Shown here: positions 1 to 10,594 of the stretch, piece by piece
How the letters are laid out: every line of letters begins with the position of its first letter
How positions within the stretch are numbered: the stretch's first letter is position 1
Source of the DNA: Mycobacterium tuberculosis H37Rv
GTDB lineage: Bacteria > Actinomycetota > Actinomycetes > Mycobacteriales > Mycobacteriaceae
DNA: 32,000 nt
Direction of reading: 5' to 3'
Assembly (NCBI RefSeq): GCF_000195955.2
Contig: NC_000962.3
Coordinates: forward strand, 1,200,001-1,232,000
Translations under genes and position numbers: made by a program
The notes under the pieces: model-generated
What the model saw: the letters and a program-made list of their open reading frames with translations, nothing else
Databases searched by the model: none
What the model was told of the DNA's origin: nothing

Positions 1-383
1 CTTTCGAGGTGGCGCCGACGATGGCTTTGGTGCTCAGCCGGATCCGCTTGCCGGTCTGCTCGGCGAGTCCGCGGGCGATCAACACGCCCGGTACTTCCTC
101 AGCGCTAGCGCAGCCGTATCCCGTCGCCGTCGAGTCACCAAAGATCATCAGGTGCACGTCGAAGGGCACTTCGCGTCGCCACCGTTGCACGGGCCCACCG
201 CCGCGGGTGTATACGCCGTCGGCGCGGGGCGGTGCGTCGAAGGATTTGGGAATTACCGTGCGCGCGTGGGTCGCCTGACCGACCAGCAGGTTGCGTGCGC
301 CCAGATAGGCCGTGCCCGTCGAGGCGAGTGCACCCGCGGTGGCCAAAGCGATCGTGGAACGCCGTGGCACGCGCATGCTCACG
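1..383 (-). CDS. SGNH/GDSL-family hydrolase, exported, C-terminal part outside window (Rv1075c-like)
   Basis: Reverse complement from 383/377 reads (V S) M R V P R R S T I A L A T A G A L A S T G T A Y L G A R N L L V... with an N-terminal hydrophobic signal-like segment and GDSL block I 'HLMIFGDSTATGYG'. Open to the window edge; not in the ORF track. Confidence 0.8.
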
Positions 384-583
384 GGATCAGTTTAGGACGG
401 TTGTGCCGATTTCGTGGATAGCTGACGAACAAACCCGTCACGGTGTGGACCAAATGTGGTATCGAATCAGACTCTTTGGCTGTGGCACCTAAAAAAGACT
501 GTCAAGCTAAGTTCGCGGGGTTGGCTGAGCCAGAGGCTCAGCCGCTTCGTCACATGCTGTATCGGACTACAACGGCGTAGGAA

Positions 584-1660
584 GTGTTGGGCATGACTGC
601 ACCCAGTAAGGTATCCGGCTCACCCAGAGTTGTCATTTCGCCGCGCGACGTGTTGAAGGCACGTAGACTCGAGGCACGCAAGTTTGCGATCAGCGACGGC
701 GCCCCGGTGGAGGTCGTCGAGTCTGGTCCAAGTCTTGTTGCGCGATTAGCTGCGCTGGCGTCACGAGTGGCGGTCCGGCCGGTGCTAGCGGTCGGTAGCT
801 ATCTTCCGCATGCGCCCTGGCCGTGGGGTGTCATCGACCAGGCTGCCCGGGTTCTGCTCCCAGCGTCAACGACCGTAAGGGCCGCGGTGAGCCTGCCTAA
901 TGCGTCCGCCCAACTGGTTCGGGCGTCGGGTGTGTTGCCGGCGGACGGCACTCGACGCGCCGTCCTGTACCTGCACGGCGGCGCGTTTCTGACGTGTGGA
1001 GCAAACTCGCATGGACGACTCGTCGAGTTGCTCTCTAAGTTCGCTGACTCGCCTGTTCTGGTGGTCGACTATCGGTTGATTCCCAAGCACTCGATCGGGA
1101 TGGCGCTCGACGACTGTCACGACGGCTACCGGTGGCTGAGGCTGTTGGGCTATGAGCCGGAGCAGATCGTGCTAGCGGGCGATTCCGCGGGCGGGTATCT
1201 TGCGCTCGCTCTCGCGCAGCGGCTACAGGAAGTGGGGGAGGAGCCGGCGGCTCTAGTCGCGATCTCGCCACTGCTGCAGCTAGCAAAGGAACACAAGCAG
1301 GCGCATCCCAACATCAAAACCGATGCGATGTTCCCGGCAAGGGCGTTCGATGCGCTTGACGCATTGGTTGCTAGCGCAGCAGCGAGGAACCAGGTAGACG
1401 GCGAACCCGAAGAGCTCTATGAGCCCTTGGAGCACATCACACCGGGGCTGCCGCGGACACTGATTCACGTGTCGGGCTCCGAGGTATTGCTGCACGACGC
1501 TCAGTTGGCGGCGGCCAAACTGGCGGCGGCCGGGGTGCCGGCCGAGGTCCGGGTATGGCCGGGCCAGGTCCACGACTTTCAGGTTGCGGCGTCGATGCTG
1601 CCCGAGGCGATCCGCTCGTTGCGTCAGATCGGGGAGTACATCCGCGAGGCCACCGGGTAG
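584..1660 (+). CDS. lipU: HSL-family lipase/esterase LipU; a downstream GTG at 767 is an alternative start
   Basis: HGGAF oxyanion motif, GDSAGG nucleophile elbow, C-terminal 'HVSGSEVLLHDA' and 'GQVHDF' acid/His region. Confidence 0.88.
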   Translation: MLGMTAPSKVSGSPRVVISPRDVLKARRLEARKFAISDGAPVEVVESGPSLVARLAALASRVAVRPVLAVGSYLPHAPWPWGVIDQAARVLLPASTTVRAAVSLPNASAQLVRASGVLPADGTRRAVLYLHGGAFLTCGANSHGRLVELLSKFADSPVLVVDYRLIPKHSIGMALDDCHDGYRWLRLLGYEPEQIVLAGDSAGGYLALALAQRLQEVGEEPAALVAISPLLQLAKEHKQAHPNIKTDAMFPARAFDALDALVASAAARNQVDGEPEELYEPLEHITPGLPRTLIHVSGSEVLLHDAQLAAAKLAAAGVPAEVRVWPGQVHDFQVAASMLPEAIRSLRQIGEYIREATG

Positions 1661-1716
1661 CGGGATGCCGACGGAGCGCGTGTGCCTGGCCGGCAGGCGC
1701 CTGAGACGATGAACGC

Positions 1717-3111
1717 ATGCGGATCGCGCAACATATCAGTGAACTCATTGGTGGTACCCCACTGGTTCGGCTGAACTCCGTGGTACCCGACGGCGCCGGA
1801 ACCGTGGCCGCAAAGGTCGAGTATCTCAACCCTGGCGGCAGCTCCAAGGATCGGATCGCGGTGAAGATGATCGAAGCCGCCGAGGCCAGCGGTCAGCTGA
1901 AGCCGGGTGGCACCATCGTCGAACCCACGTCCGGCAATACCGGCGTTGGTCTGGCGTTGGTCGCTCAGCGCCGCGGCTACAAGTGCGTGTTCGTCTGCCC
2001 GGACAAGGTCAGTGAGGATAAACGCAATGTGTTGATCGCCTACGGCGCCGAGGTCGTGGTGTGCCCGACGGCGGTCCCGCCGCACGATCCGGCCAGCTAC
2101 TACAGTGTGTCGGACCGGTTGGTCCGTGATATCGACGGTGCCTGGAAGCCCGACCAGTACGCCAACCCGGAGGGACCGGCAAGCCATTATGTGACCACCG
2201 GCCCGGAAATCTGGGCCGATACCGAGGGCAAGGTCACCCATTTCGTGGCTGGCATCGGCACCGGCGGTACCATCACCGGCGCTGGCCGGTACCTCAAAGA
2301 GGTGTCCGGGGGCCGAGTACGCATCGTCGGCGCCGACCCGGAGGGATCGGTCTATTCGGGCGGTGCCGGCCGACCGTATCTGGTCGAGGGGGTCGGCGAG
2401 GATTTCTGGCCGGCGGCCTATGACCCGAGCGTGCCCGACGAGATCATCGCGGTGTCCGACTCCGACTCGTTCGACATGACCAGGCGGCTGGCCCGCGAAG
2501 AGGCGATGTTGGTCGGCGGGTCGTGCGGGATGGCGGTGGTTGCCGCGCTCAAGGTCGCCGAGGAAGCCGGGCCCGACGCGTTGATCGTCGTCCTGTTGCC
2601 CGACGGCGGCCGGGGCTACATGTCGAAAATCTTCAACGACGCGTGGATGTCGTCCTATGGGTTCCTGCGCAGCCGCCTTGACGGGTCGACCGAGCAATCC
2701 ACCGTCGGTGATGTGTTGCGCCGCAAGTCCGGCGCGCTGCCCGCCCTGGTGCACACCCATCCGTCGGAGACCGTGCGCGACGCCATCGGGATTCTTCGCG
2801 AGTACGGGGTGTCGCAGATGCCGGTGGTCGGCGCCGAGCCGCCGGTGATGGCCGGCGAGGTCGCCGGTAGCGTCTCGGAACGCGAGCTGCTCTCGGCCGT
2901 GTTCGAGGGCCGCGCCAAGTTGGCCGACGCCGTGTCGGCACACATGAGCCCGCCGCTGCGGATGATAGGCGCCGGTGAATTGGTCAGTGCGGCCGGCAAG
3001 GCGTTGCGTGATTGGGATGCGTTGATGGTGGTGGAGGAAGGCAAGCCGGTTGGGGTCATTACCCGGTACGACTTGTTGGGCTTCTTGTCGGAGGGGGCGG
3101 GACGGCGGTAG
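1717..3111 (+). CDS. cbs: Cystathionine beta-synthase / PLP-dependent cysteine synthase-type enzyme with C-terminal CBS domains
   Basis: ISELIGGTPLVRLNSV, 'GGSSKDRIA' PLP-lysine motif, 'EPTSGNTG', 'GIGTGGTITG'; C-terminal CBS-like repeats ('VSQMPVV', 'DALMVVEEGKPVGVITRYDLL'). Confidence 0.95.
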   Translation: MRIAQHISELIGGTPLVRLNSVVPDGAGTVAAKVEYLNPGGSSKDRIAVKMIEAAEASGQLKPGGTIVEPTSGNTGVGLALVAQRRGYKCVFVCPDKVSEDKRNVLIAYGAEVVVCPTAVPPHDPASYYSVSDRLVRDIDGAWKPDQYANPEGPASHYVTTGPEIWADTEGKVTHFVAGIGTGGTITGAGRYLKEVSGGRVRIVGADPEGSVYSGGAGRPYLVEGVGEDFWPAAYDPSVPDEIIAVSDSDSFDMTRRLAREEAMLVGGSCGMAVVAALKVAEEAGPDALIVVLLPDGGRGYMSKIFNDAWMSSYGFLRSRLDGSTEQSTVGDVLRRKSGALPALVHTHPSETVRDAIGILREYGVSQMPVVGAEPPVMAGEVAGSVSERELLSAVFEGRAKLADAVSAHMSPPLRMIGAGELVSAAGKALRDWDALMVVEEGKPVGVITRYDLLGFLSEGAGRR

Positions 3112-3267
3112 TCGCGCAGGCAGGCGCGCCGCAATTTAGTTCGGCTACAAACAATTACGGCAGGCGGCCAGTGCCGCACAGGTCGTGGGCACTGACCCAT
3201 TGGGCCCCGTGGCTCATCTCACCGCCGGGCGTTCCGGTGAATCCGGTCCTCAGGTACTGTAGTCCCG

Positions 3268-3293
3268 CCTAGTTCACCCTAGTTCAGCTGAAC
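3268..3293. promoter_or_regulatory. Possible operator/control element upstream of pra: tandem CCTAGTTCA plus 12-bp palindrome GTTCAGCTGAAC
   Basis: Sequence CCTAGTTCAC-CCTAGTTCAG-CTGAAC; palindrome at 3282..3293. Confidence 0.35.
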
Positions 3294-3312
3294 CTCAGTG
3301 GAAGGTGTGCCC

Positions 3313-4035
3313 ATGACCGAACAGCCGCCCCCCGGCGGGTCGTACCCACCGCCCCCGCCACCGCCTGGGCCGTCCGGTGGGCATGAGCCACCTCCCGCTG
3401 CACCACCCGGCGGCAGTGGTTACGCTCCGCCCCCTCCGCCCTCGAGCGGCAGTGGCTACCCGCCTCCGCCGCCACCGCCTGGCGGGGGGGCCTACCCGCC
3501 GCCTCCGCCGTCGGCCGGCGGTTACGCGCCGCCGCCGCCCGGACCGGCGATTCGTACGATGCCGACCGAGTCCTACACGCCGTGGATTACCCGGGTGCTG
3601 GCGGCATTCATCGACTGGGCCCCATACGTAGTGCTGGTTGGCATCGGTTGGGTGATCATGCTGGTCACTCAGACGTCGTCGTGCGTCACCAGCATTAGTG
3701 AGTACGACGTCGGCCAGTTCTGCGTTTCCCAGCCGTCGATGATCGGCCAGTTGGTGCAGTGGTTGTTGTCGGTGGGCGGATTGGCTTACCTGGTCTGGAA
3801 CTACGGCTATCGCCAGGGCACCATCGGGTCGAGCATCGGCAAGTCGGTGCTGAAGTTCAAGGTGGTCAGCGAGACCACCGGGCAACCAATCGGCTTCGGG
3901 ATGTCGGTGGTACGCCAGCTTGCCCACTTTATCGACGCGATCATCTGCTTCGTCGGGTTCCTGTTTCCGCTGTGGGACGCTAAACGGCAAACGTTGGCGG
4001 ACAAGATCATGACGACGGTGTGCGTGCCGATCTGA
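3313..4035 (+). CDS. pra: Proline-rich antigen (Pra), Pro/Gly-rich N-terminus plus RDD-type membrane domain
   Basis: ATG at 3313 after GGAAGG; 'MTEQPPPGGSYPPPPPPPGPSGG...' repeats then RDD-like 'TRVLAAFIDWAPYVV' with hydrophobic helices. Confidence 0.92.
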   Translation: MTEQPPPGGSYPPPPPPPGPSGGHEPPPAAPPGGSGYAPPPPPSSGSGYPPPPPPPGGGAYPPPPPSAGGYAPPPPGPAIRTMPTESYTPWITRVLAAFIDWAPYVVLVGIGWVIMLVTQTSSCVTSISEYDVGQFCVSQPSMIGQLVQWLLSVGGLAYLVWNYGYRQGTIGSSIGKSVLKFKVVSETTGQPIGFGMSVVRQLAHFIDAIICFVGFLFPLWDAKRQTLADKIMTTVCVPI

Positions 4036-4066
4036 TCCGGGACTGCACTGCCCACCCGACCGTCCG

Positions 4067-5233
4067 ATGAGCGAAGACCGCACGGGACACCAGGGAATCA
4101 GCGGACCGGCCACCCGCGCCATCCACGCTGGCTACCGCCCGGATCCGGCGACCGGGGCGGTGAACGTGCCGATCTACGCCAGCAGCACCTTCGCCCAAGA
4201 CGGCGTCGGCGGTCTGCGTGGCGGTTTCGAATACGCACGCACCGGCAACCCCACCCGGGCCGCATTGGAGGCCTCGCTGGCGGCAGTCGAGGAGGGTGCT
4301 TTCGCGCGGGCATTCAGTTCCGGGATGGCCGCGACCGACTGCGCCCTGCGGGCGATGTTACGGCCCGGAGACCACGTCGTCATTCCCGATGACGCCTACG
4401 GCGGCACATTCCGGTTGATAGACAAGGTGTTCACCCGGTGGGATGTCCAGTACACGCCGGTGCGGCTTGCCGATCTGGATGCGGTGGGTGCCGCGATTAC
4501 TCCGCGCACCCGGCTGATTTGGGTGGAGACGCCCACCAATCCGCTACTGTCGATCGCCGATATCACGGCCATTGCCGAGCTGGGCACAGACAGATCGGCA
4601 AAAGTATTGGTGGACAATACCTTTGCCTCACCCGCGTTGCAGCAGCCGTTGCGGCTGGGCGCCGATGTGGTGTTGCACTCGACTACCAAGTACATCGGCG
4701 GCCATTCCGACGTGGTGGGAGGTGCGCTGGTCACCAACGACGAAGAGCTGGACGAGGAGTTCGCTTTCTTGCAGAACGGCGCCGGCGCGGTGCCCGGACC
4801 ATTCGACGCCTACCTGACCATGCGCGGCCTGAAGACCTTGGTGCTGCGGATGCAGCGGCACAGTGAAAATGCCTGTGCGGTAGCGGAATTCCTCGCTGAT
4901 CATCCGTCGGTGAGTTCTGTGTTGTATCCGGGTTTGCCCAGTCATCCCGGGCATGAGATTGCCGCGCGACAGATGCGCGGCTTCGGCGGCATGGTTTCGG
5001 TGCGGATGCGGGCCGGTCGGCGTGCGGCGCAGGACCTGTGTGCCAAGACCCGCGTCTTCATCCTGGCCGAGTCGCTGGGTGGGGTGGAGTCGCTGATCGA
5101 ACATCCCAGCGCCATGACCCATGCGTCGACGGCCGGTTCGCAATTGGAGGTGCCCGACGATCTGGTGCGGCTTTCGGTCGGTATCGAAGACATTGCCGAC
5201 CTGCTCGGCGATCTCGAACAGGCCCTGGGTTAA
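4067..5233 (+). CDS. metB: Cystathionine gamma-synthase / Cys-Met metabolism PLP enzyme
   Basis: 'TRAIHAGYRPDPATGAVNVPIYASSTF', 'YARTGNPT', 'LVDNTFASPALQQPLRLGADVVLHSTTKYIGGHSD' PLP-attachment motif. Confidence 0.95.
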   Translation: MSEDRTGHQGISGPATRAIHAGYRPDPATGAVNVPIYASSTFAQDGVGGLRGGFEYARTGNPTRAALEASLAAVEEGAFARAFSSGMAATDCALRAMLRPGDHVVIPDDAYGGTFRLIDKVFTRWDVQYTPVRLADLDAVGAAITPRTRLIWVETPTNPLLSIADITAIAELGTDRSAKVLVDNTFASPALQQPLRLGADVVLHSTTKYIGGHSDVVGGALVTNDEELDEEFAFLQNGAGAVPGPFDAYLTMRGLKTLVLRMQRHSENACAVAEFLADHPSVSSVLYPGLPSHPGHEIAARQMRGFGGMVSVRMRAGRRAAQDLCAKTRVFILAESLGGVESLIEHPSAMTHASTAGSQLEVPDDLVRLSVGIEDIADLLGDLEQALG

Positions 5234-5236
5234 CTA

Positions 5237-5299
5237 CCGCGAGCAGACGCGAAAGCACCCCAAAACCGCCGGTTTGGGGGCTTCTGCGTCTGCTCGCGG
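5237..5299. terminator. Long imperfect dyad between convergent metB and greA, likely bidirectional terminator
   Basis: Perfect 14-bp arms CCGCGAGCAGACGC (5237..5250) / GCGTCTGCTCGCGG (5286..5299), interior further complementary (CCCCAAAACC / GGTTTGGGG). Confidence 0.7.
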
Positions 5300-5303
5300 G
5301 TAC

Positions 5304-5798
5304 CTAGGAGTGGTACGGCTCGGCGCTGACTAGGGTCACCGACACGGTGCTGCCGTTGGGCACCGTGTAGCTGCGGGTCTCGCCGACCTTGGCGTCGATC
5401 AGGGCCCCACCGAGCGGTGAATTCGGCGAGTAGACCTCGAGCTTGCCGTCGCTGACGCCCTCCTGGCGGGTGGCGATGAGGAACGTTTCGCTGTCCGACT
5501 TGTCGCCGTTGTAGTACACCTTGACCACAGAACCGGGTAATGCGACGCCGGATTGCTTGGGTGCCTCGCCAACCTTTGCGTTGCTGAGCAAGTCCTGCAG
5601 CTGGCGAATGCGGGCCTCCTGCTGGCCCTGCTCCTCGCGGGCGGCGTGGTATCCGCCGTTCTCGCGCAGGTCGCCTTCTTCGCGGCGGTCGTTGATTTCG
5701 GCGGCGATGACCGGGCGATTCGCAATCAGCTGGTCGAGCTCTGCTTTGAGTCGGTCATGTGACTCTTGGGTCAACCAGGTGACTTGAGTATCCGTCAT
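5304..5798 (-). CDS. greA: Transcription elongation factor GreA (ORF track lists + strand; the protein is encoded on -)
   Basis: Reverse complement from 5798 gives [24 protein letters not shown]...; GreA '[16 protein letters not shown]' motif and C-terminal '[14 protein letters not shown]' domain. Confidence 0.96.
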
Positions 5799-5983
5799 CT
5801 CGTCGCGCTCCTCGTGTTGTCGTTCCCGCGTAGTCGGGCAAGTTTCGGATCCCTGCCAGCAGCACTGTCGGGAATATTTGGGGTCTCACCCCGGGTTGCC
5901 GCCGCTCCGTTCTGCGTACGGCCGTTAATGCAGCAATACACGGCCCCGGCAGGACCGTGCATCGATCCATGCTACCACCACGG

Positions 5984-6418
5984 TCAGGGGAGGCGCAGGT
6001 AGCTGGGCACTTCGGTGCCACAACCGTATACGTCCGCCATCACCGGCGGCTGGGAGGATTTCACGGTCGTCGTCACCTGCACGGTGGTTGCCTCGGACGG
6101 TGGGACTAGCAGCTCACGTCTGCCGGTCTCGCTGCCGTTTGTTGCCCGAACTCGCACGATGCAGGCCACCGGTCGGGACGGGTCCGAACGTGTCACGCTG
6201 ATGGTGACCGATGCCGTCTCGTCGTCGACCAGTCGATAGCCCACCAGCGAACCGGTGACGGCGCTGGTGCTGATCCGTTGGTAGCCGATGACGGCAATGA
6301 CGATGCCGGCCGCGGCGACCAGCACCCCCAGGGCGATCGCGACACGGCGCCGCGCTCGGCGGGACAGTCGCGGGCGTCCGTAGCGGGCGTCTGGTCGCGG
6401 AATGGGGGTGTGGGTCAT
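5984..6418 (-). CDS. Conserved single-pass membrane protein, DUF4307-like (Rv1081c-like)
   Basis: [47 protein letters not shown]...; TM segment after basic patch; extracytoplasmic Cys-containing domain. Confidence 0.85.
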   Translation of the reverse strand: MTHTPIPRPDARYGRPRLSRRARRRVAIALGVLVAAAGIVIAVIGYQRISTSAVTGSLVGYRLVDDETASVTISVTRSDPSRPVACIVRVRATNGSETGRRELLVPPSEATTVQVTTTVKSSQPPVMADVYGCGTEVPSYLRLP

Positions 6419-6519
6419 GCCTGGGTTCACGCCGGCGGGATGCAACGCTTCGACAAACCGGAATTATAGGGTCACTTATAGGCTTAAGGGGGCAGCCAGG
6501 CGGACGGACAAGGGGGCAC

Positions 6520-7386
6520 GTGAGCGAACTGCGGTTGATGGCGGTGCACGCCCACCCCGATGACGAGTCCAGCAAGGGCGCGGCCACCCTGGCGCGCTAC
6601 GCCGACGAGGGTCATCGCGTGCTGGTGGTGACGTTGACCGGTGGTGAGCGCGGCGAGATCCTCAACCCGGCGATGGACCTGCCGGACGTGCATGGGCGCA
6701 TCGCCGAGATCCGGCGTGACGAGATGACCAAGGCGGCCGAGATCCTCGGTGTCGAGCACACCTGGCTGGGCTTCGTCGACTCCGGGCTACCTAAGGGTGA
6801 TTTACCGCCACCGCTGCCTGATGACTGCTTCGCGCGGGTACCGCTGGAGGTGTCCACCGAGGCGCTGGTGCGGGTGGTTCGCGAGTTTCGGCCGCACGTG
6901 ATGACCACCTACGACGAGAACGGCGGCTACCCACATCCCGACCACATTCGCTGCCATCAGGTTTCGGTGGCTGCCTACGAGGCGGCCGGTGACTTTTGCC
7001 GGTTTCCCGACGCGGGTGAGCCGTGGACGGTGTCCAAGCTGTACTACGTCCACGGCTTCCTGCGGGAGCGGATGCAGATGTTGCAGGATGAGTTCGCCCG
7101 GCACGGCCAACGCGGCCCATTCGAACAATGGCTGGCGTACTGGGACCCCGACCATGACTTTCTCACCAGCCGAGTGACCACCCGGGTCGAGTGCTCGAAA
7201 TACTTCAGCCAACGCGACGATGCGTTGCGCGCGCATGCCACCCAGATCGACCCGAACGCCGAATTCTTCGCCGCCCCGCTTGCCTGGCAGGAGCGGCTGT
7301 GGCCGACCGAGGAATTCGAGTTGGCTCGCTCGCGTATCCCCGCGCGCCCACCGGAGACCGAATTGTTCGCCGGGATCGAGCCGTGA
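6520..7386 (+). CDS. mca: Mycothiol S-conjugate amidase
   Basis: PIG-L/LmbE-type zinc deacetylase motifs '[14 protein letters not shown]', '[10 protein letters not shown]'; divergent from the DUF4307-like gene. Confidence 0.93.
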
Positions 7387-7649
7387 ACCAGATTCTGCTC
7401 AGCGTGATTGCTGAGGGCGGGCCCGGTAACACCGGACCCGATTTCGGGAAGGCTAGCCCGGTGGGGTTGCTGGTGATCGTGCTATTGGTGATCGCCACGT
7501 TGTTTCTGGTGCGTTCGATGAACCAGCAACTGAAGAAAGTTCCCAAGTCGTTCGACCGGGATCACCCCGAGCTCGACCAGGCAGCCGACGAGGGCACCGA
7601 CCGCGACGGACCGGCCCGACCACCGGGACCCCCGCATGAGTCCGGCTAA
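7383..7649 (+). CDS. Small membrane protein (Rv1083-like)
   Basis: GTG at 7383 overlaps the mca TGA (GTGA); '[30 protein letters not shown]' TM segment. Confidence 0.82.
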
Positions 7650-9657
7650 TCCGTCCGGGACGAATACCCTCGCGCTGGCCACCAGCCCGTACCTGCGCCA
7701 GCACGCTGATAACCCGGTGCACTGGCAGCAGTGGACGCCGCAGGCACTGGCGGAGGCGGCCGCGCGCGCGGTGCCGATCCTGCTGTCCGTCGGCTACGCC
7801 GCCTGCCACTGGTGTCACGTCATGGCCCACGAGTCATTCGACGACGACGAGGTGGCCGCGGCCATGAACGCGGGCTTCGTCTGTATCAAGGTCGACCGGG
7901 AGGAGCGGCCCGACATCGACGCGGTCTACATGAACGCCACCGTCGCGCTCACCGGGCAGGGCGGCTGGCCGATGACATGCTTTCTCACCCCCAACGGCCG
8001 GCCGTTCTTCTGCGGCACCTACTACCCGAAAGCGGCTTTCCTGCAACTTCTTTCGGCCATATCCGAAACCTGGCGGGAACGCCGCGCTGAGGTGGAGCAG
8101 GCATCTGACCATATCGCTGCCGAGTTGCGCTCGATGGCTTCGGGGCTGCCCGGGGGTGGCCCGGAGGTGGCGCCGGAGCTGTGTGACGACGCGGTGGCAG
8201 GAGTGCTGCGTGAGCAGGACACGGCGCACGGCGGATTTGGCGGTGCGCCGAAATTCCCGCCGTCGGCACTGCTGGAAGCGCTAATGCGGCACTACGAGCG
8301 CACCCGATCACCGGCGGCGCTGGAGGCGGTCGCACGCACTGGAAACGCCATGGCCCGTGGCGGCATCTATGACCAACTCGGCGGCGGTTTCGCCCGATAC
8401 AGCGTCGACGGTGCCTGGGTGGTACCGCATTTCGAGAAGATGCTGTACGACAACGCGCTGCTGCTGCGCGCCTACGCGCACTGGGCCCGCCGTACCGGGG
8501 ATCCGTTGGCCCGCCGGGTCGCCGCCCAGACCGCGCGATTTCTGCTCGACGAGTTGGGCAGCAAAGCACCGGCCGACATGTTCACCTCGTCGCTGGATGC
8601 CGACGCCGACGGCCGCGAGGGTTCGACCTACGTTTGGACGCCGGTGCAACTGACCGAGGTGCTCGGCGGCGACGACGGCCGTTGGGCGGCAGAGGTTTTC
8701 GGGGTGACCGAGGCCGGCACCTTCGAGCACGGGACGTCTGTGCTGCAGTTGCCCGCCGACCCCGACGACGCGGCGCGTCTGGACCGGGTCCGCGCCGCGT
8801 TGCTGGTGGCCCGCCTGGCCCGGGCCCAGCCCGCCCGCGACGACAAGGTCGTCACGTCCTGGAACGGGTTGGCGATCACCGCGCTGGCCGAAGCCAGCGT
8901 GGCCCTGGACGACCCCGCGTTGGCGCACGCCGCGCGGCGCTGCGCGACCAGGCTGCTGGACCTGCACGTCGTCGACGGCCGCCTGCGCCGGGCCAGCCTG
9001 GGCGGGGTGGTCGGCGACAGCGCCGCCATCCTGGAGGACCACGCGATGCTGGCCACCGGGCTGCTGGCGCTCTACCAGCTGACCTCCGAGGGCGCGTGGC
9101 TGACGGCGGCTACCGGATTGCTGGACACCGCGGTGGCGCATTTCGGCGACCCGCAGCGCCCCGGTCGCTGGTTCGACACCGCCGACGACGCCGAGCGGCT
9201 GATGCTGCGGCCCTCCGATCCGCTGGACGGGGCGACACCGTCGGGCGCTTCGTCGATCGCCGAGGCGCTGCTGACGGCGGGCCATGTGGTCGACGGTGCT
9301 CGCGCCGAGCGGTATTGGCAGCTGGCGGCCGACACGCTGCGGGCGCATGCGGTGCTGCTGGCTCGGGCGCCGCGGTCGGCCGGGCATTGGCTGGCGGTCG
9401 CCGAGGCGGTGGTGCGCGGACCGCTGCAGATCGCCGTCGCGTGCGACCTGCCGCGGTCGTCCCTGCTGGCCGACGCGCGCCGGCTGGCCCCGGGCGGGGC
9501 GATCGTCGTGGGCGGCGCGGCGGGTTCGTCGGCGCTGCTGGTCGGCCGGGATCGGGTGGCCGGCGCCGACGCCGCCTACGTATGCCGGGGCCGGGTCTGC
9601 GATCTGCCGGTGACCAGCGCGGCCGAACTCGCCACCGCTTTGGGCGTACCCGGCTAG
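7636..9657 (+). CDS. DUF255/YyaL-type protein: N-terminal thioredoxin-like domain plus (alpha/alpha)6-like region (Rv1084-like)
   Basis: 'NPVHWQQWTPQALAEA', 'GYAACHWCHVMAHESFDDDEVAAAMNAGFVCIKVDREERPDID', 'GGFGGAPKFPP'. Confidence 0.9.
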   Translation: MSPANPSGTNTLALATSPYLRQHADNPVHWQQWTPQALAEAAARAVPILLSVGYAACHWCHVMAHESFDDDEVAAAMNAGFVCIKVDREERPDIDAVYMNATVALTGQGGWPMTCFLTPNGRPFFCGTYYPKAAFLQLLSAISETWRERRAEVEQASDHIAAELRSMASGLPGGGPEVAPELCDDAVAGVLREQDTAHGGFGGAPKFPPSALLEALMRHYERTRSPAALEAVARTGNAMARGGIYDQLGGGFARYSVDGAWVVPHFEKMLYDNALLLRAYAHWARRTGDPLARRVAAQTARFLLDELGSKAPADMFTSSLDADADGREGSTYVWTPVQLTEVLGGDDGRWAAEVFGVTEAGTFEHGTSVLQLPADPDDAARLDRVRAALLVARLARAQPARDDKVVTSWNGLAITALAEASVALDDPALAHAARRCATRLLDLHVVDGRLRRASLGGVVGDSAAILEDHAMLATGLLALYQLTSEGAWLTAATGLLDTAVAHFGDPQRPGRWFDTADDAERLMLRPSDPLDGATPSGASSIAEALLTAGHVVDGARAERYWQLAADTLRAHAVLLARAPRSAGHWLAVAEAVVRGPLQIAVACDLPRSSLLADARRLAPGGAIVVGGAAGSSALLVGRDRVAGADAAYVCRGRVCDLPVTSAAELATALGVPG

Positions 9658-9681
9658 CGGACTCGGGTGGCACCCGTCCAC

Positions 9682-9729
9682 CGTGAAATCCGCGACGCGG
9701 TGTCGGCGTGTCGCGTCGCAATTTTCACG
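9682..9729. terminator. Dyad between convergent Rv1084-like and hemolysin-III-like genes
   Basis: CGTGAAA-TCC-GCGACGCG (9682..9699) with CGCGTCGC-AAT-TTTCACG (9712..9729): 8+7 bp stems, 3x3 internal loop. Confidence 0.55.
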
Positions 9730-9755
9730 CTCGCGACCGCCCTGGGCGTGCCGGG

Positions 9756-10574
<819 letters not shown>

Positions 10575-10594
10575 TCACAGTAGTCTGGGTATCT

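Noticed and set aside
1624-2943. 439-aa minus-strand ORF opposite cbs
   Set aside because: Opposite a gene with unambiguous family motifs; a typical antisense shadow ORF.
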